A stretch of 64,000 nt of DNA from Candidatus Krumholzibacteriales bacterium (GCA_046483305.1 JAWODM010000034.1:1-64000), one strand, 5' to 3'. Positions 39,417 through 48,473 are shown, counted from the stretch's first letter. Translations and numbers: made by a program. The notes: generated from the letters alone by a model not told the origin.

Positions 39417-40531
39417 TTACCCTTTCCCCCTTCCACCGCCACTCTGCTTCCGTCACTGACCACGTTTTTGCCCGCCAGGATAACTGTCTCGCCCTCTGCC
39501 AGCCCTTCGGATATCTCTATAAACAATCCTTCCCGTAGCCCCGGTTTTACCTCTCTGCGCCTGGCGGCCCCATCTTCCACCACGAACAGATAATCCCTGC
39601 CGCTGGCCTCCAGGAGGGCATCCACCGGTACCGCCACCGCGCCTTTCCTCTCCCTGACGATGAGCTCCACGGTGGCGAAGAACCCCGGTTTCAGCATACC
39701 GCCGGGATTCCCTGCGCTGACTTCCAGGGGAAAAGATCTGGTCTGTATGCTGGCCGCCGGGCTCAGCGAATAAACAGAGCCCTCAAAAAGGGTATCCGGG
39801 TAAGTATCAACGCGGATAACCGCCCTGTCCCCTTTGTCCAGATACTTTATATCCTCCGCCGGGACCGTCCCCTCTATTTTTACCGATGAAATATCCATGA
39901 GGGTGGCTACCCCCGGGCTTCCGGGCATGGGGCTCAGGATATCCCCTTCATCAGCGTTCCGGCTGGTGATATAGCCGGCGAAGGGGGCCTTTATAACCGC
40001 CTCATCCATGTTATAACGGGCCATCTCCAGGTTCGCTTCCGCCTGCCGCAGCTGCGCCATAGCCGATTCATGCGCCAGCTGCGCCTGTTCGTAGTCCCTG
40101 GTTGATACCGATCCCTTCTCCTTCAGTTTCAGCAGCCTGTTGTAATTGGTCCTGGCGTTCTCCAGGCTGGCTTTCGCGACAGATACCGCCGCTTCCGCCT
40201 GGTTCAACTGTATCCTTACCGGCGCCATGTCAAGGTTCGCGATAATCTGTTGCTCCTCCACGTAATCTCCCTGCTCAATCAGTATCTCATCCAGCTTGCC
40301 CCCGGCGGCCGGCACTATATCCGATCTCTGCCAGGGCTGAATGGTGCCGGTGAAGATTATCCGGTCGCTTATATCCTTTCTGGAGGCGGTGAACGTCTTG
40401 ACCGGAACGGGGCCGTTCTCCTCTTCCGCTCCGCAGTATCCGGAAAAGATCATAGCCAGGGCCGCAATTGAAAGCAGAGAGGCCGAGGCCATATATTTCA
40501 GAATCGTTTTCCGGTGGCGCTTATAAGGCAT
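39413..40531 (-). CDS. RND periplasmic adaptor (MFP)
   Basis: Lipoyl-like G.L.EI....GD.V, alpha hairpin, I.APF.G and LKPG.F. Confidence 0.92.
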   Translation of the reverse strand: MPYKRHRKTILKYMASASLLSIAALAMIFSGYCGAEEENGPVPVKTFTASRKDISDRIIFTGTIQPWQRSDIVPAAGGKLDEILIEQGDYVEEQQIIANLDMAPVRIQLNQAEAAVSVAKASLENARTNYNRLLKLKEKGSVSTRDYEQAQLAHESAMAQLRQAEANLEMARYNMDEAVIKAPFAGYITSRNADEGDILSPMPGSPGVATLMDISSVKIEGTVPAEDIKYLDKGDRAVIRVDTYPDTLFEGSVYSLSPAASIQTRSFPLEVSAGNPGGMLKPGFFATVELIVRERKGAVAVPVDALLEASGRDYLFVVEDGAARRREVKPGLREGLFIEISEGLAEGETVILAGKNVVSDGSRVAVEGGKGN

Positions 40532-40549
40532 ATGCTTTCCTTTCAGTTT

Positions 40550-41947
40550 TTATTCTGTTTCCGGGCTCCGGATCAGTTTGCCGGCAGCTCTTTCCAGGTT
40601 GGACCTGGCCACCAGATAGCGGGCCAGAGAGTTTCTGTGATTGGCCCTCGCTCTGGTAAGAATCAGCTGGGCATCCAGGAGCTCTGTGTTATTAATGATT
40701 CCTTCCGTGAATTTCTGATCGGCTACCCGGTAGTTTTCCCTGGCATGTCTGAGCGCTTCTTCACTTGCCGACACGGACTGCTTCGTTTCGGTAAGCTGGA
40801 GCAGGGCCCTGGCCACATCCAGTTTCACCGCTTCCCTGATCTTTTCCAGCTCCAGTTCCAGCTGTTTTCTTCTGCTGTTCGACTGTCCGGCCCGGTGGGC
40901 GGCCGCTCCCCAGTCGAAAATGTTCATTCTTGCGACCACACCCATGGTCCAGGTGGTATAGAACTCGTCCAGATACTGCCGGTCGGGGCGGTTATAACCG
41001 AGATTGGCGAAGAAGGAGATGTCCGGAAGGTAAGCTTTTCTGTCTATGGTATACTGTTTTCCAGCTATATTGAGCTGATTTTCCACGGCGGCAATCTCGG
41101 GCCTGCGGTTGACTGCCTCTGCGGTCACCTTATCCAGATTTATCAGGGACGGCCCGGGGTCAACCGATGGTTTTTCGGTCAGCCGGACCGCTGAAGATAG
41201 CGGGAGCCCCAGCATGTCGCAGAGGTTCTTCTGAGCAAGCTCTATACTGTTATTGGCCTGAATCAGCCCGAGGTGCGATTCGGAGAGCAGGGCCCTGGTC
41301 TTTAGCATGTCATTTCTGGCGGCAAGCCCGTTTTCATAGAGGTTTTCAAGATCCTGCAGCTGCGAGCTGAGCATCCTTGCCGACTCGACCGCCACCTCTT
41401 TCAGTTCCATGGCGTTATACAGGCTCCAGTAGGACTGAACAGTTTCGAAAATAAGCTGGTTTCTTCTCGCCCGGAGGTCCGATACCGCGGCATCCCTGGC
41501 GAATTCACTGATATCGCACTGATCCATTATCTTGCCGAAGGTGAATATGGGCTGTGTAAGGTTCAGAGATAGTGAATAGTTGTTCGGGGAGCCTATCACT
41601 ATCTTCTTGGGCATCTCTTCCTCACCGGGGGTGGGAGAGCCGAATCCTCCGAACATCGCGGCGGGAAAGAAGGGGGCCATGTCCAGCCTGGTGTAATTTG
41701 CCTCCCCGGTCAGCTTCGGCATACTGGAGGTTCTGGATTCCTTCAATCTTTCTTCGCTCTCGAGAATTTTCTCCCTGGCTATCTTAATGTCCCGGTTGTT
41801 CTTCAGGGCCATGGCGATGCTCCGGTCCAGAGAGAGCCGCAGGGTGTCGCCGGCCGCCGGAAGGGCGGCTGAGGTTTCGGCCCCGGCAGGCGAGATGAAA
41901 AAAAGCAGCGCCGACTCGATTGCCATTATTCTGATCAGATTCTTCAT
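40550..41947 (-). CDS. TolC family outer-membrane efflux protein
   Basis: AL.NN..I, QPIF.FG, G.....D.L repeats and LE.A.G terminus. Confidence 0.92.
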   Translation of the reverse strand: MKNLIRIMAIESALLFFISPAGAETSAALPAAGDTLRLSLDRSIAMALKNNRDIKIAREKILESEERLKESRTSSMPKLTGEANYTRLDMAPFFPAAMFGGFGSPTPGEEEMPKKIVIGSPNNYSLSLNLTQPIFTFGKIMDQCDISEFARDAAVSDLRARRNQLIFETVQSYWSLYNAMELKEVAVESARMLSSQLQDLENLYENGLAARNDMLKTRALLSESHLGLIQANNSIELAQKNLCDMLGLPLSSAVRLTEKPSVDPGPSLINLDKVTAEAVNRRPEIAAVENQLNIAGKQYTIDRKAYLPDISFFANLGYNRPDRQYLDEFYTTWTMGVVARMNIFDWGAAAHRAGQSNSRRKQLELELEKIREAVKLDVARALLQLTETKQSVSASEEALRHARENYRVADQKFTEGIINNTELLDAQLILTRARANHRNSLARYLVARSNLERAAGKLIRSPETE

Positions 41948-41951
41948 GTCA

Positions 41952-42632
41952 TTACCGTTCTCTTTTCAGCAAGGGATAGAACTTCAGCCCGAAGTTAATA
42001 TTTATTATACCCTGCTCGGTAAACCCCCGGCCGAAGTGAAAGGTATCCCTGCATAGAATATAGTTATAATTTGATTCCGCGGTGATCGATATCCGCCGGC
42101 TGAGCGCAAGCTCCGCTCCCAGCCCTCCCTGCAGCCCAATGCTCACCTTCTGCAGATCCTCCCCCTCGAACTGCCTTGCTTCTCCGAAGAATTCTGCTTC
42201 GGATATTCTCCAGTAGTACATTCCCGCGCCCGCTCTGATATGGATGTCCAGCTTTCCCGGCCTGAGGATCGAATAACTGTTGCTGAGTACCAGAGAGGCC
42301 ACTGAGAAGTTGGAGGAGGTTTCGTAAATCTCTCTGGCAAAATTCATCCTGCCCGCGGCCGCGGATATCCTGGTGGAGAAGCGGGAGCTTACCCTTTTGC
42401 TGACGCTCAGTGTTAATTCCGGGCCGGTGTCGAGCAGGTCAGCGGATGAATTTTCCATATCCAGGGATCCCGATACCGGCAGAAGCATCCCCCCGGAAAC
42501 CGCTGCCGCCCAGCCACTATTGTCCATGTCCGAATCATGCCGCTCCGCAGCGGCAGCCGTCTGAAAATGAACATTCAGAACTGCCAGTGAAGGAATGACC
42601 AGTATGAGTGATATCAGCTTTTTCAAGTTCAA
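41952..42632 (-). CDS. Outer-membrane beta-barrel protein
   Basis: Signal peptide, amphipathic strands (GAGMY.W, GLQGGLGAE, FGLKFY). First gene of the RND operon. Confidence 0.7.
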   Translation of the reverse strand: MNLKKLISLILVIPSLAVLNVHFQTAAAAERHDSDMDNSGWAAAVSGGMLLPVSGSLDMENSSADLLDTGPELTLSVSKRVSSRFSTRISAAAGRMNFAREIYETSSNFSVASLVLSNSYSILRPGKLDIHIRAGAGMYYWRISEAEFFGEARQFEGEDLQKVSIGLQGGLGAELALSRRISITAESNYNYILCRDTFHFGRGFTEQGIININFGLKFYPLLKRER

Positions 42633-42774
42633 GATGCCCTCCGGAACAGAAGCCGGAATGTATAAATATTAAGTATCGAATTATAGCAGTTCAGAGATCG
42701 ATAGTGAATCGATAATTATTCTGAATTATTCTGAAAATTATAATACTGATGCCCTGATGTCAATATTACCAGAC

Positions 42775-43080
42775 TTGGAGTTTCCCCAATTTTTATAACC
42801 TATAAGGTAGTCGATGATTTGTAATAGTATGTGGATTATTGATATTTTCAAAATCTTGGTCGATTTCCCCGGCGAGGAAACCGCCACTCCCGCCCCGGGC
42901 TCGCTCTTTCTGCCCCTCCGGGTCAGAAATCCTTGCCCGCTCGCCCTCCGGAGGGTTTTGAAAATATCAATCATCCACACTCACCAGCAATGAAAACCCT
43001 ATTCCAGTTACCAATCTTAATAACTTATTGTATCTCGCAATGTTAGTAAAATACTTGCCGGATTTTTGGGGGAACTCCAA
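42775..43080. mobile_element. MITE (non-autonomous, 306 bp) with 8-bp target-site duplication
   Basis: Terminal IRs TTGGAGTTTCCCCAA / TTGGGGGAACTCCAA (14/15). Direct repeat TACCAGAC at 42767-42774 and 43081-43088. Confidence 0.85.
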
Positions 43081-43227
43081 TACCAGACAGACGGATTTGC
43101 CTTATTAATAACAGAATTTTTCCCTGATTTTTTACCCTACGGCGCCATTCAGCGGAATTGGATGTTCAATATCTTTTCAGAGCTTCCTTGATTACGCGCC
43201 GGCCCGGGGTGGCGATCAAGGAAATAA

Positions 43228-43329
43228 TGTTAAATATAGATAACAAATTGTAAAACACACTTGACATGATGATAGAATATGATTAAAATATGTATAGTAT
43301 ACCTTACAATTAGTAAAGGATATTAAACA
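43228..43329 (+). promoter_or_regulatory. Promoter overlaid by five 18-bp operator-like boxes at 21-bp period
   Basis: TGT-N12-ACA-type boxes at 43228, 43249, 43270 (weak), 43291 and 43312. TTGACA (43261) -17 bp- TAAAAT (43284). Confidence 0.7.
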
Positions 43330-43368
43330 TTGAAACCGGCACAGAGCTGATAGAGGGGAGCTGATGTT

Positions 43369-43581
43369 ATGAAACTTGGAAACAACCTGAGACGGTGCAG
43401 GTTCGAAATGAACGAAATGACTCAGGAGGAACTGGCAAAGGAGGTAGGCGTTACCAGGCAGACCATTATTTCGATCGAGAAGAACAGGTATGTGCCCTCA
43501 ACCCTGCTGGCGCTCAAGCTGGCGAAATTCATGGGTAAGAGATTCGAGGAGGTCTTTTATCTTATCGAAGAAGATGACTGA
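43369..43581 (+). CDS. XRE/Cro family HTH regulator
   Basis: MTQEELA..VGVTRQTIISIEK..Y.PS..LA.KLA. Confidence 0.93.
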   Translation: MKLGNNLRRCRFEMNEMTQEELAKEVGVTRQTIISIEKNRYVPSTLLALKLAKFMGKRFEEVFYLIEEDD

Positions 43582-43617
43582 TTATCATACTTAAGGTTAA
43601 AATGAAAGGAGCCTTAA

Positions 43618-44094
43618 ATGAATACCAAGCTGTTTGTTCTTATAATTCTTGTCCTGGGGGTTGCCGCATTTTATCTGCTCCCGAGAACCAGGCTCAGCGG
43701 GAGGCTGAAGATGAATGAAAAACTCTTCTGCGCTGTGAATGTAATCGGTGTGATCTGCGGGGCAGCCGGCCTGGCCCTCTCGCTGGCCATGGGCGGGAAG
43801 ATACTTACCGGGCACTACTTTGAGCTGATTCTTCTTCCCGCGGTGCTGGTATATCTCTATTCCGCGATGATCATGAAATCGACCGGAAATGAAGCCGCAT
43901 ATGACGAAAAGCAGAATTACAATATGACCCAGGCGGCGGCGTTATCTCTGCCGTTTTCGGTGGCGGGAATGTTCATTCTGTACGCCCTGTACAGGGAATC
44001 GGTTTTCGGGGGAATGGTCTGGTTCCCAGTGTACCTGTTCCTGAACCTGACCGTATACTCGGCGGGGGTCCTGGCATTTTTCAGAAAAAATTGA
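43618..44094 (+). CDS. Multi-pass membrane protein (XRE-associated, DE-motif type)
   Basis: About 5 TM segments with a cytoplasmic YDEKQ motif. Directly follows the XRE gene. Confidence 0.7.
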   Translation: MNTKLFVLIILVLGVAAFYLLPRTRLSGRLKMNEKLFCAVNVIGVICGAAGLALSLAMGGKILTGHYFELILLPAVLVYLYSAMIMKSTGNEAAYDEKQNYNMTQAAALSLPFSVAGMFILYALYRESVFGGMVWFPVYLFLNLTVYSAGVLAFFRKN

Positions 44095-44118
44095 TATAGA
44101 ATTGATTTGTAAAACGAT

Positions 44119-44349
44119 CATCACGTAGTATATATACTACGTGATGTTAAGCATATTATAAGATATTTAGCCTTATATGGTTATGTTTTAAATTATAATA
44201 ACTATTTAAGAAGGCATTAAATCACCTTATATTATGTAGTATATATACTACATAATATGAACTAAAATTATCGAAATATATTTTCAGTCTATTGACAACA
44301 AAGGAATTACAGATTATACTATATATAAAGTCTGTAGTATATATACCAA
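44119..44349 (+). promoter_or_regulatory. Antitoxin promoter with three GTAGTATATATAC(TAC) palindromic boxes
   Basis: Perfect palindromes at 44119-44146 (28 bp) and 44229-44258 (30 bp), partial copy at 44334-44349. TTGACA (44292) -17 bp- TATACT (44315). Confidence 0.8.
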
Positions 44350-44359
44350 AGGAAAAGAC

Positions 44360-45238
44360 ATGAGTCCTACAAGATTTCAAATAGCAAAAAAAGATATTGT
44401 TAACTACTTTGAAGAATTAGAAGAAAATATTCTTACACATAGTGATATCTCCGATATACTTTTTAGAGAACGTGAGTTCTGGCGTTTACCAAAAAATATG
44501 ACATCCAATAGTTTTATTGACACTCTTATAAGAGAGACAAAATTACAAATGCATAGATTTGAATTTCCTTATCGCCCGTCAACAATATATTCCTGGGGAG
44601 ATGTTTCAGAATATCAATTATATCTATCATTAAAACCTAATTCTTATTTTTCTCATTATACAGCAATGTACTTACATAATCTAACAGATCAAATTCCAAA
44701 AAATGTATATATAAACTCTGAACAGTCCCCTAAGCCTCAACAAAGAGGCAAGCTATTACAAGCTAATATTAACAAAGCTTTTTCTAGACCTCAAAGAACA
44801 ACTAATAATATAACCACATACAATGAACATAAAATATATATGTTAAGTGGTAAATATACTGACAACTTAGGGGTAACAAAGCTGAAGACTGAAGATAATG
44901 GTAATATCACAGTGACAAATATTGAAAGAACTTTGATTGATATAGTGGTTAGACCGATTTACTCAGGTGGAATTTATGAGGTATTAAATGCATACAAAGC
45001 AGCTAAAGGGAAAGTATCAATAAATAAAATAGTTGCATACTTAAGTAAACTAAAATACAAATACCCATATCATCAATCTATTGGATTTCTACTAGAAACA
45101 ACACTATATGACGAATCAAAAATTGAATTGCTTATGGATTTTGATATTTCAAATAAATTTTACTTATCTCATCAAATGAAAGACAAGGCTTTTTCTGAAA
45201 AATGGCAACTCTATTATCCAAAGGGTATGATAAGTTAA
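44360..45238 (+). CDS. AbiEi-like type IV antitoxin / transcriptional regulator
   Basis: YFSHYTAMYLHNLTDQIP and VTNIERTLIDIVVRP.YSGG are AbiEi C-terminal-type motifs. AT-rich. Confidence 0.8.
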   Translation: MSPTRFQIAKKDIVNYFEELEENILTHSDISDILFREREFWRLPKNMTSNSFIDTLIRETKLQMHRFEFPYRPSTIYSWGDVSEYQLYLSLKPNSYFSHYTAMYLHNLTDQIPKNVYINSEQSPKPQQRGKLLQANINKAFSRPQRTTNNITTYNEHKIYMLSGKYTDNLGVTKLKTEDNGNITVTNIERTLIDIVVRPIYSGGIYEVLNAYKAAKGKVSINKIVAYLSKLKYKYPYHQSIGFLLETTLYDESKIELLMDFDISNKFYLSHQMKDKAFSEKWQLYYPKGMIS

Positions 45239-46089
45239 TTGCAGAAATTCTCCAAAAAGAAATCAAAGTAATAATTGAAATCCCCTGATCTTTCTTCAGC
45301 ATTAGTTGTTGCCAAAACAGAGGGGAAATCTTGAGCGTGGAAGTCCCTATATTTATAAATTATTCGCAATAAGCTAAGTGGGACTTTTTTTGATTCAAAA
45401 ATCTTTTGCATAATTTCCCTATTATTATCTATACCAATTGAAAAATTATTCATTAGTAAATGAATATCATAGAAATCTCTTGCTCTTGGTTTAATAGTCA
45501 TAGTGTTAACTATTTGTTTATATTCTTCAGTTTGTTGGCAAATTGCTCTTGCTTTCTCAAAGACTATCATTTCAGGCGAATATACATATAGGTTATAATC
45601 TTCTATTTTCCCCCTTTGTTTATTACTGCAGTATTCAAATTTACTAATGTCAATTTTAAAGGTTTTCCTTTGTTTAGGTCCGACTACTAATGCTCTTCTT
45701 CTCAATTTATCTTTATTATCTTTATATTTATCAAATGAATTCTGATCAATAATTTTAAAACTAATTTTGTATCCTCCCCAAAATGTTTTTAAATTTTCTG
45801 ATATCTTTTCTGGGACTTCCTCAAATTTGAAATCAATAATTTCATATCCTTTTCTTATAAATGCTTCTTTTAATGTTTTTTCTAATTTTTCTGAAATTAA
45901 TCCAAATTCTAATTTAGTGAATTCACCATTAATTGAATAATCAATATCAATAGAAGATCTAGCTGAAATATTAAAAATATAGTTTATAGCATTACCACCT
46001 TTTAAAACCAGTCTCTCCAATAGATAATCATCTGAAACTAGAGCTATAATTGCAGTCTTTCTTATTTCATCCTCATAATTATTATTCAT
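45235..46089 (-). CDS. AbiEii/AbiGii-like nucleotidyltransferase toxin
   Basis: Motifs LVLKGGNA, R.S.DIDYS, EK.RAI.Q and R.RDFYDI. Confidence 0.88.
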   Translation of the reverse strand: MNNNYEDEIRKTAIIALVSDDYLLERLVLKGGNAINYIFNISARSSIDIDYSINGEFTKLEFGLISEKLEKTLKEAFIRKGYEIIDFKFEEVPEKISENLKTFWGGYKISFKIIDQNSFDKYKDNKDKLRRRALVVGPKQRKTFKIDISKFEYCSNKQRGKIEDYNLYVYSPEMIVFEKARAICQQTEEYKQIVNTMTIKPRARDFYDIHLLMNNFSIGIDNNREIMQKIFESKKVPLSLLRIIYKYRDFHAQDFPSVLATTNAEERSGDFNYYFDFFLENFCN

Positions 46090-46212
46090 AAAAATAGCTG
46101 ATTTCTATTCCAGTTACTTATTTAGAAATATTTCCACAATTATAATATACTTGGATAATGCTTAATATATACATCAATATCGTATAAAAAAAAGGGTAAA
46201 AAAAGTAAACAT

Positions 46213-46241
46213 TTGAACGGAATCATAATTTATGATATAAT
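46213..46241 (+). promoter_or_regulatory. Sigma-70 promoter of the cysteine synthase leader
   Basis: TTGAAC-17 bp-TATAAT with an extended -10 TGn. Confidence 0.65.
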
Positions 46242-46272
46242 TAAACCGTTGAATTTTACAGGAGAAGAAAAA

Positions 46273-46344
46273 ATGATAAAAGTCATGATGCACGTCAACT
46301 GTTGTTGTAGTCCCGAAAAATATCCGGGATACGTGTATCGATGA
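46273..46344 (+). CDS. Cys-rich leader peptide (23 aa, MIKVMMHVNCCCSPEKYPGYVYR)
   Basis: RBS AGGAGA, three tandem TGT codons at 46300-46308, upstream of a terminator and of cysteine synthase. Confidence 0.8.
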   Translation: MIKVMMHVNCCCSPEKYPGYVYR

Positions 46345-46371
46345 CCCTTTGAAAATACTGTTATCGACGCG

Positions 46372-46405
46372 GGGCTCCCGGAATTTTCCGGGAGCCCTTT
46401 TTTTT
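46372..46405 (+). terminator. Attenuator intrinsic terminator
   Basis: GGGCTCCCGGAA-TT-TTCCGGGAGCCC followed by T8, ending 18 bp before the cysteine synthase ATG. Confidence 0.9.
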
Positions 46406-46422
46406 AGGGGGAAGAAAGCAGA

Positions 46423-47313
46423 ATGATATACGGAAATATATTGATGAAGGTCGGGAATACCCCGTCGGTAAGGCTTCGGAGTTTTGAGAGGGGCCCGGAT
46501 GTGGAGATTTACGCCAAGCTGGAAGGAGAGAACCCCAGCGGTTCAATCAAGGACCGGGTTGCCATCCATATGATAGAGAAGGCGGAATCTCGCGGCGAGT
46601 TGAAGCCGGGAAAGACTATTCTGGAGGCGACCAGCGGGAATATGGGGATATCGCTGGCTATGGTTGGCGCCCGGAGGGGTTATTCAGTGAAAATAATAAT
46701 GTCTGAGAAGGTAAGCAGCGAGAGAGCGGTACTGGTCAGGAGTTACGGAGCGGAGCTGGAGCTGACGGGGGAAAGATCAGGTACCCGGGGTGCTCTGGAG
46801 AGGGCCAGGGAACTTGCTGACAGGTATCCTGACAGATACTGGCTGGCGGACCAGTTCAACAACAGCGATAATACCGAAGCCCATTACCGGACAACCGCGG
46901 CGGAACTTCTCAGGGACATCGGTGATATAGACGGGGTGGTTGCCGGTGTGGGCACCGGCGGCACCCTGGGGGGGATCGCCGCCAGATTCAGGGAGGATTC
47001 TCCCGATACCAGGATATTCGGTGTTATCCCTCCGAAGGGATACCAGATACAGGGCCTTCAGAATCCCGAAGAGGATTTCAGCGGAGAAATCTTCAGCTCC
47101 GATCTGATGGATGACAGGATATATGTAGATAGAAGGGATGCCTTCAATACGGCTAGAATGATTGCGAGAACAGACGGAATCTTTGTGGGTATGAGTTCGG
47201 GGGCGGCAGTTTTTGCCGCGGTGGAGGCGGCGGAGAGGATAGGAAGGGGAAGAGTAGCGGTAATAATTCCGGACATGGGGGAAAAGTACCTGAGCACAGG
47301 GCTTTTCGGTTAG
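46423..47313 (+). CDS. cysM: Cysteine synthase (O-acetylserine sulfhydrylase, CysK/CysM family)
   Basis: Motifs GNTP, KLEGENPSGSIKDR, EATSGN.G, QFNN..N, GVGTGGT, IQG, G.SSGA and D.GEKYLS. Confidence 0.88.
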   Translation: MIYGNILMKVGNTPSVRLRSFERGPDVEIYAKLEGENPSGSIKDRVAIHMIEKAESRGELKPGKTILEATSGNMGISLAMVGARRGYSVKIIMSEKVSSERAVLVRSYGAELELTGERSGTRGALERARELADRYPDRYWLADQFNNSDNTEAHYRTTAAELLRDIGDIDGVVAGVGTGGTLGGIAARFREDSPDTRIFGVIPPKGYQIQGLQNPEEDFSGEIFSSDLMDDRIYVDRRDAFNTARMIARTDGIFVGMSSGAAVFAAVEAAERIGRGRVAVIIPDMGEKYLSTGLFG

Positions 47314-47492
47314 GAGGGCCGGTTACAGGGGACGGCCCTCCTGGCGGCTCACTGATTTTCCGCCACAGTAATAAACTGATAATAGTTATACATTTCTGAG
47401 AATTTATATTATACTCAAAAACTGATTATGTTTTTGCCGGGGCGGATAAGGTTCCGCTCCCTGACTGCCCGGTTAAATGAAAGGTTAGATCG

Positions 47493-48464
47493 ATGAGAGT
47501 TCTAATTACCGGTATAACAGGTTTTGCCGGGAGCCACCTGGCCGACCTGTGCCTCGAGAAGGATGATGTCGAGCTTTTCGGAATCATAAGATGGCGCAGC
47601 CGGACTGAAAATATCGAACATATATGGGATCAGCTGGAGCTTCTGGAATGCGATCTGAGGGATGCCAATTCCACCAGGGATGTAATTGAACAGATAGAAC
47701 CGGAATATATTTTTCATCTGGCCGCTCAGAGTTTCGTCCCAACCTCCTGGAACGCCCCCAGCGAATCTTTGAGCACCAACATACTGGGCGAACTGAATCT
47801 TTTCGAAGCGGTCAGGAAAGCGGGGCTGTCATGCAGAATTCAGATCGCCTGTTCCAGCGAGGAATACGGAATGGTGCTGGAAGAAGAAGTCCCCATAAAG
47901 GAAACCAACCCCCTGCGTCCGCTGAGTCCCTACGGAGTAAGCAAGGTGGGGCAGGACCTGCTCGGGTACCAGTACTATATGAGCTACGGGATGGAGATTG
48001 TAAGAACCAGGGGGTTCAATCATACCGGGCCGAGAAGAGGGCCGGTATTCGTATGTTCAGACTTCGCCAAGCAGATAACAGAGATAGAATCGGGCAGGAA
48101 GGAACCGGTCATACAGGTGGGAAATCTGGAAGCCAGGCGCGATTTTACCGATGTAAGAGATATGGTCAGGGGTTACTGGCTCTCGCTGGAAAGTGGCAGG
48201 GCCGGCGAAGTTTATAATATCTGCTCAGGCAGGAGCCACAGTATTCAAAGTATCCTGGATAAGCTGATCGAAATAAGCGGGGTAAAGCTGGAGGTGAGGC
48301 AGGATGAGTGCAGGCTGCGGCCCAGCGATGTTCCGCTGCTGGAAGGCGATTACAGTAAGTTCGCGGCGGATACCGGCTGGGAACCGGAGATACCTCTGGA
48401 AGAGACCCTTTCCGATCTCCTTGAATTCTGGCGCCAGAATCCGGACAGGGGTAAATTAATCTGA
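47493..48464 (+). CDS. GDP-sugar dehydratase/reductase (Gmd/Rmd-like extended SDR)
   Basis: Motifs GITGFAG, HLAAQSFV, SSEEYG, YGVSK, FNHTGP and GNL...RDFTDVRD. Confidence 0.88.
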   Translation: MRVLITGITGFAGSHLADLCLEKDDVELFGIIRWRSRTENIEHIWDQLELLECDLRDANSTRDVIEQIEPEYIFHLAAQSFVPTSWNAPSESLSTNILGELNLFEAVRKAGLSCRIQIACSSEEYGMVLEEEVPIKETNPLRPLSPYGVSKVGQDLLGYQYYMSYGMEIVRTRGFNHTGPRRGPVFVCSDFAKQITEIESGRKEPVIQVGNLEARRDFTDVRDMVRGYWLSLESGRAGEVYNICSGRSHSIQSILDKLIEISGVKLEVRQDECRLRPSDVPLLEGDYSKFAADTGWEPEIPLEETLSDLLEFWRQNPDRGKLI

Positions 48465-48473
48465 TTATTCATT

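Noticed and set aside
42715..42740. Short AATTATTCTG tandem duplication upstream of the RND operon
   Set aside because: Only two copies in an AT-rich tract; not distinguishable from chance or slippage.
42738..42980. 80-aa minus-strand ORF
   Set aside because: Lies across the MITE's inverted repeats and has no transposase motif.
44119..44349. Mini CRISPR array
   Set aside because: Only a 16-bp core is shared, spacing of about 100 bp is too long, and there are no cas genes. Operators fit better.
47312..47342. Hairpin after cysM as an intrinsic terminator
   Set aside because: A 10-bp stem is present but there is no U-tract, so the function is unsupported.
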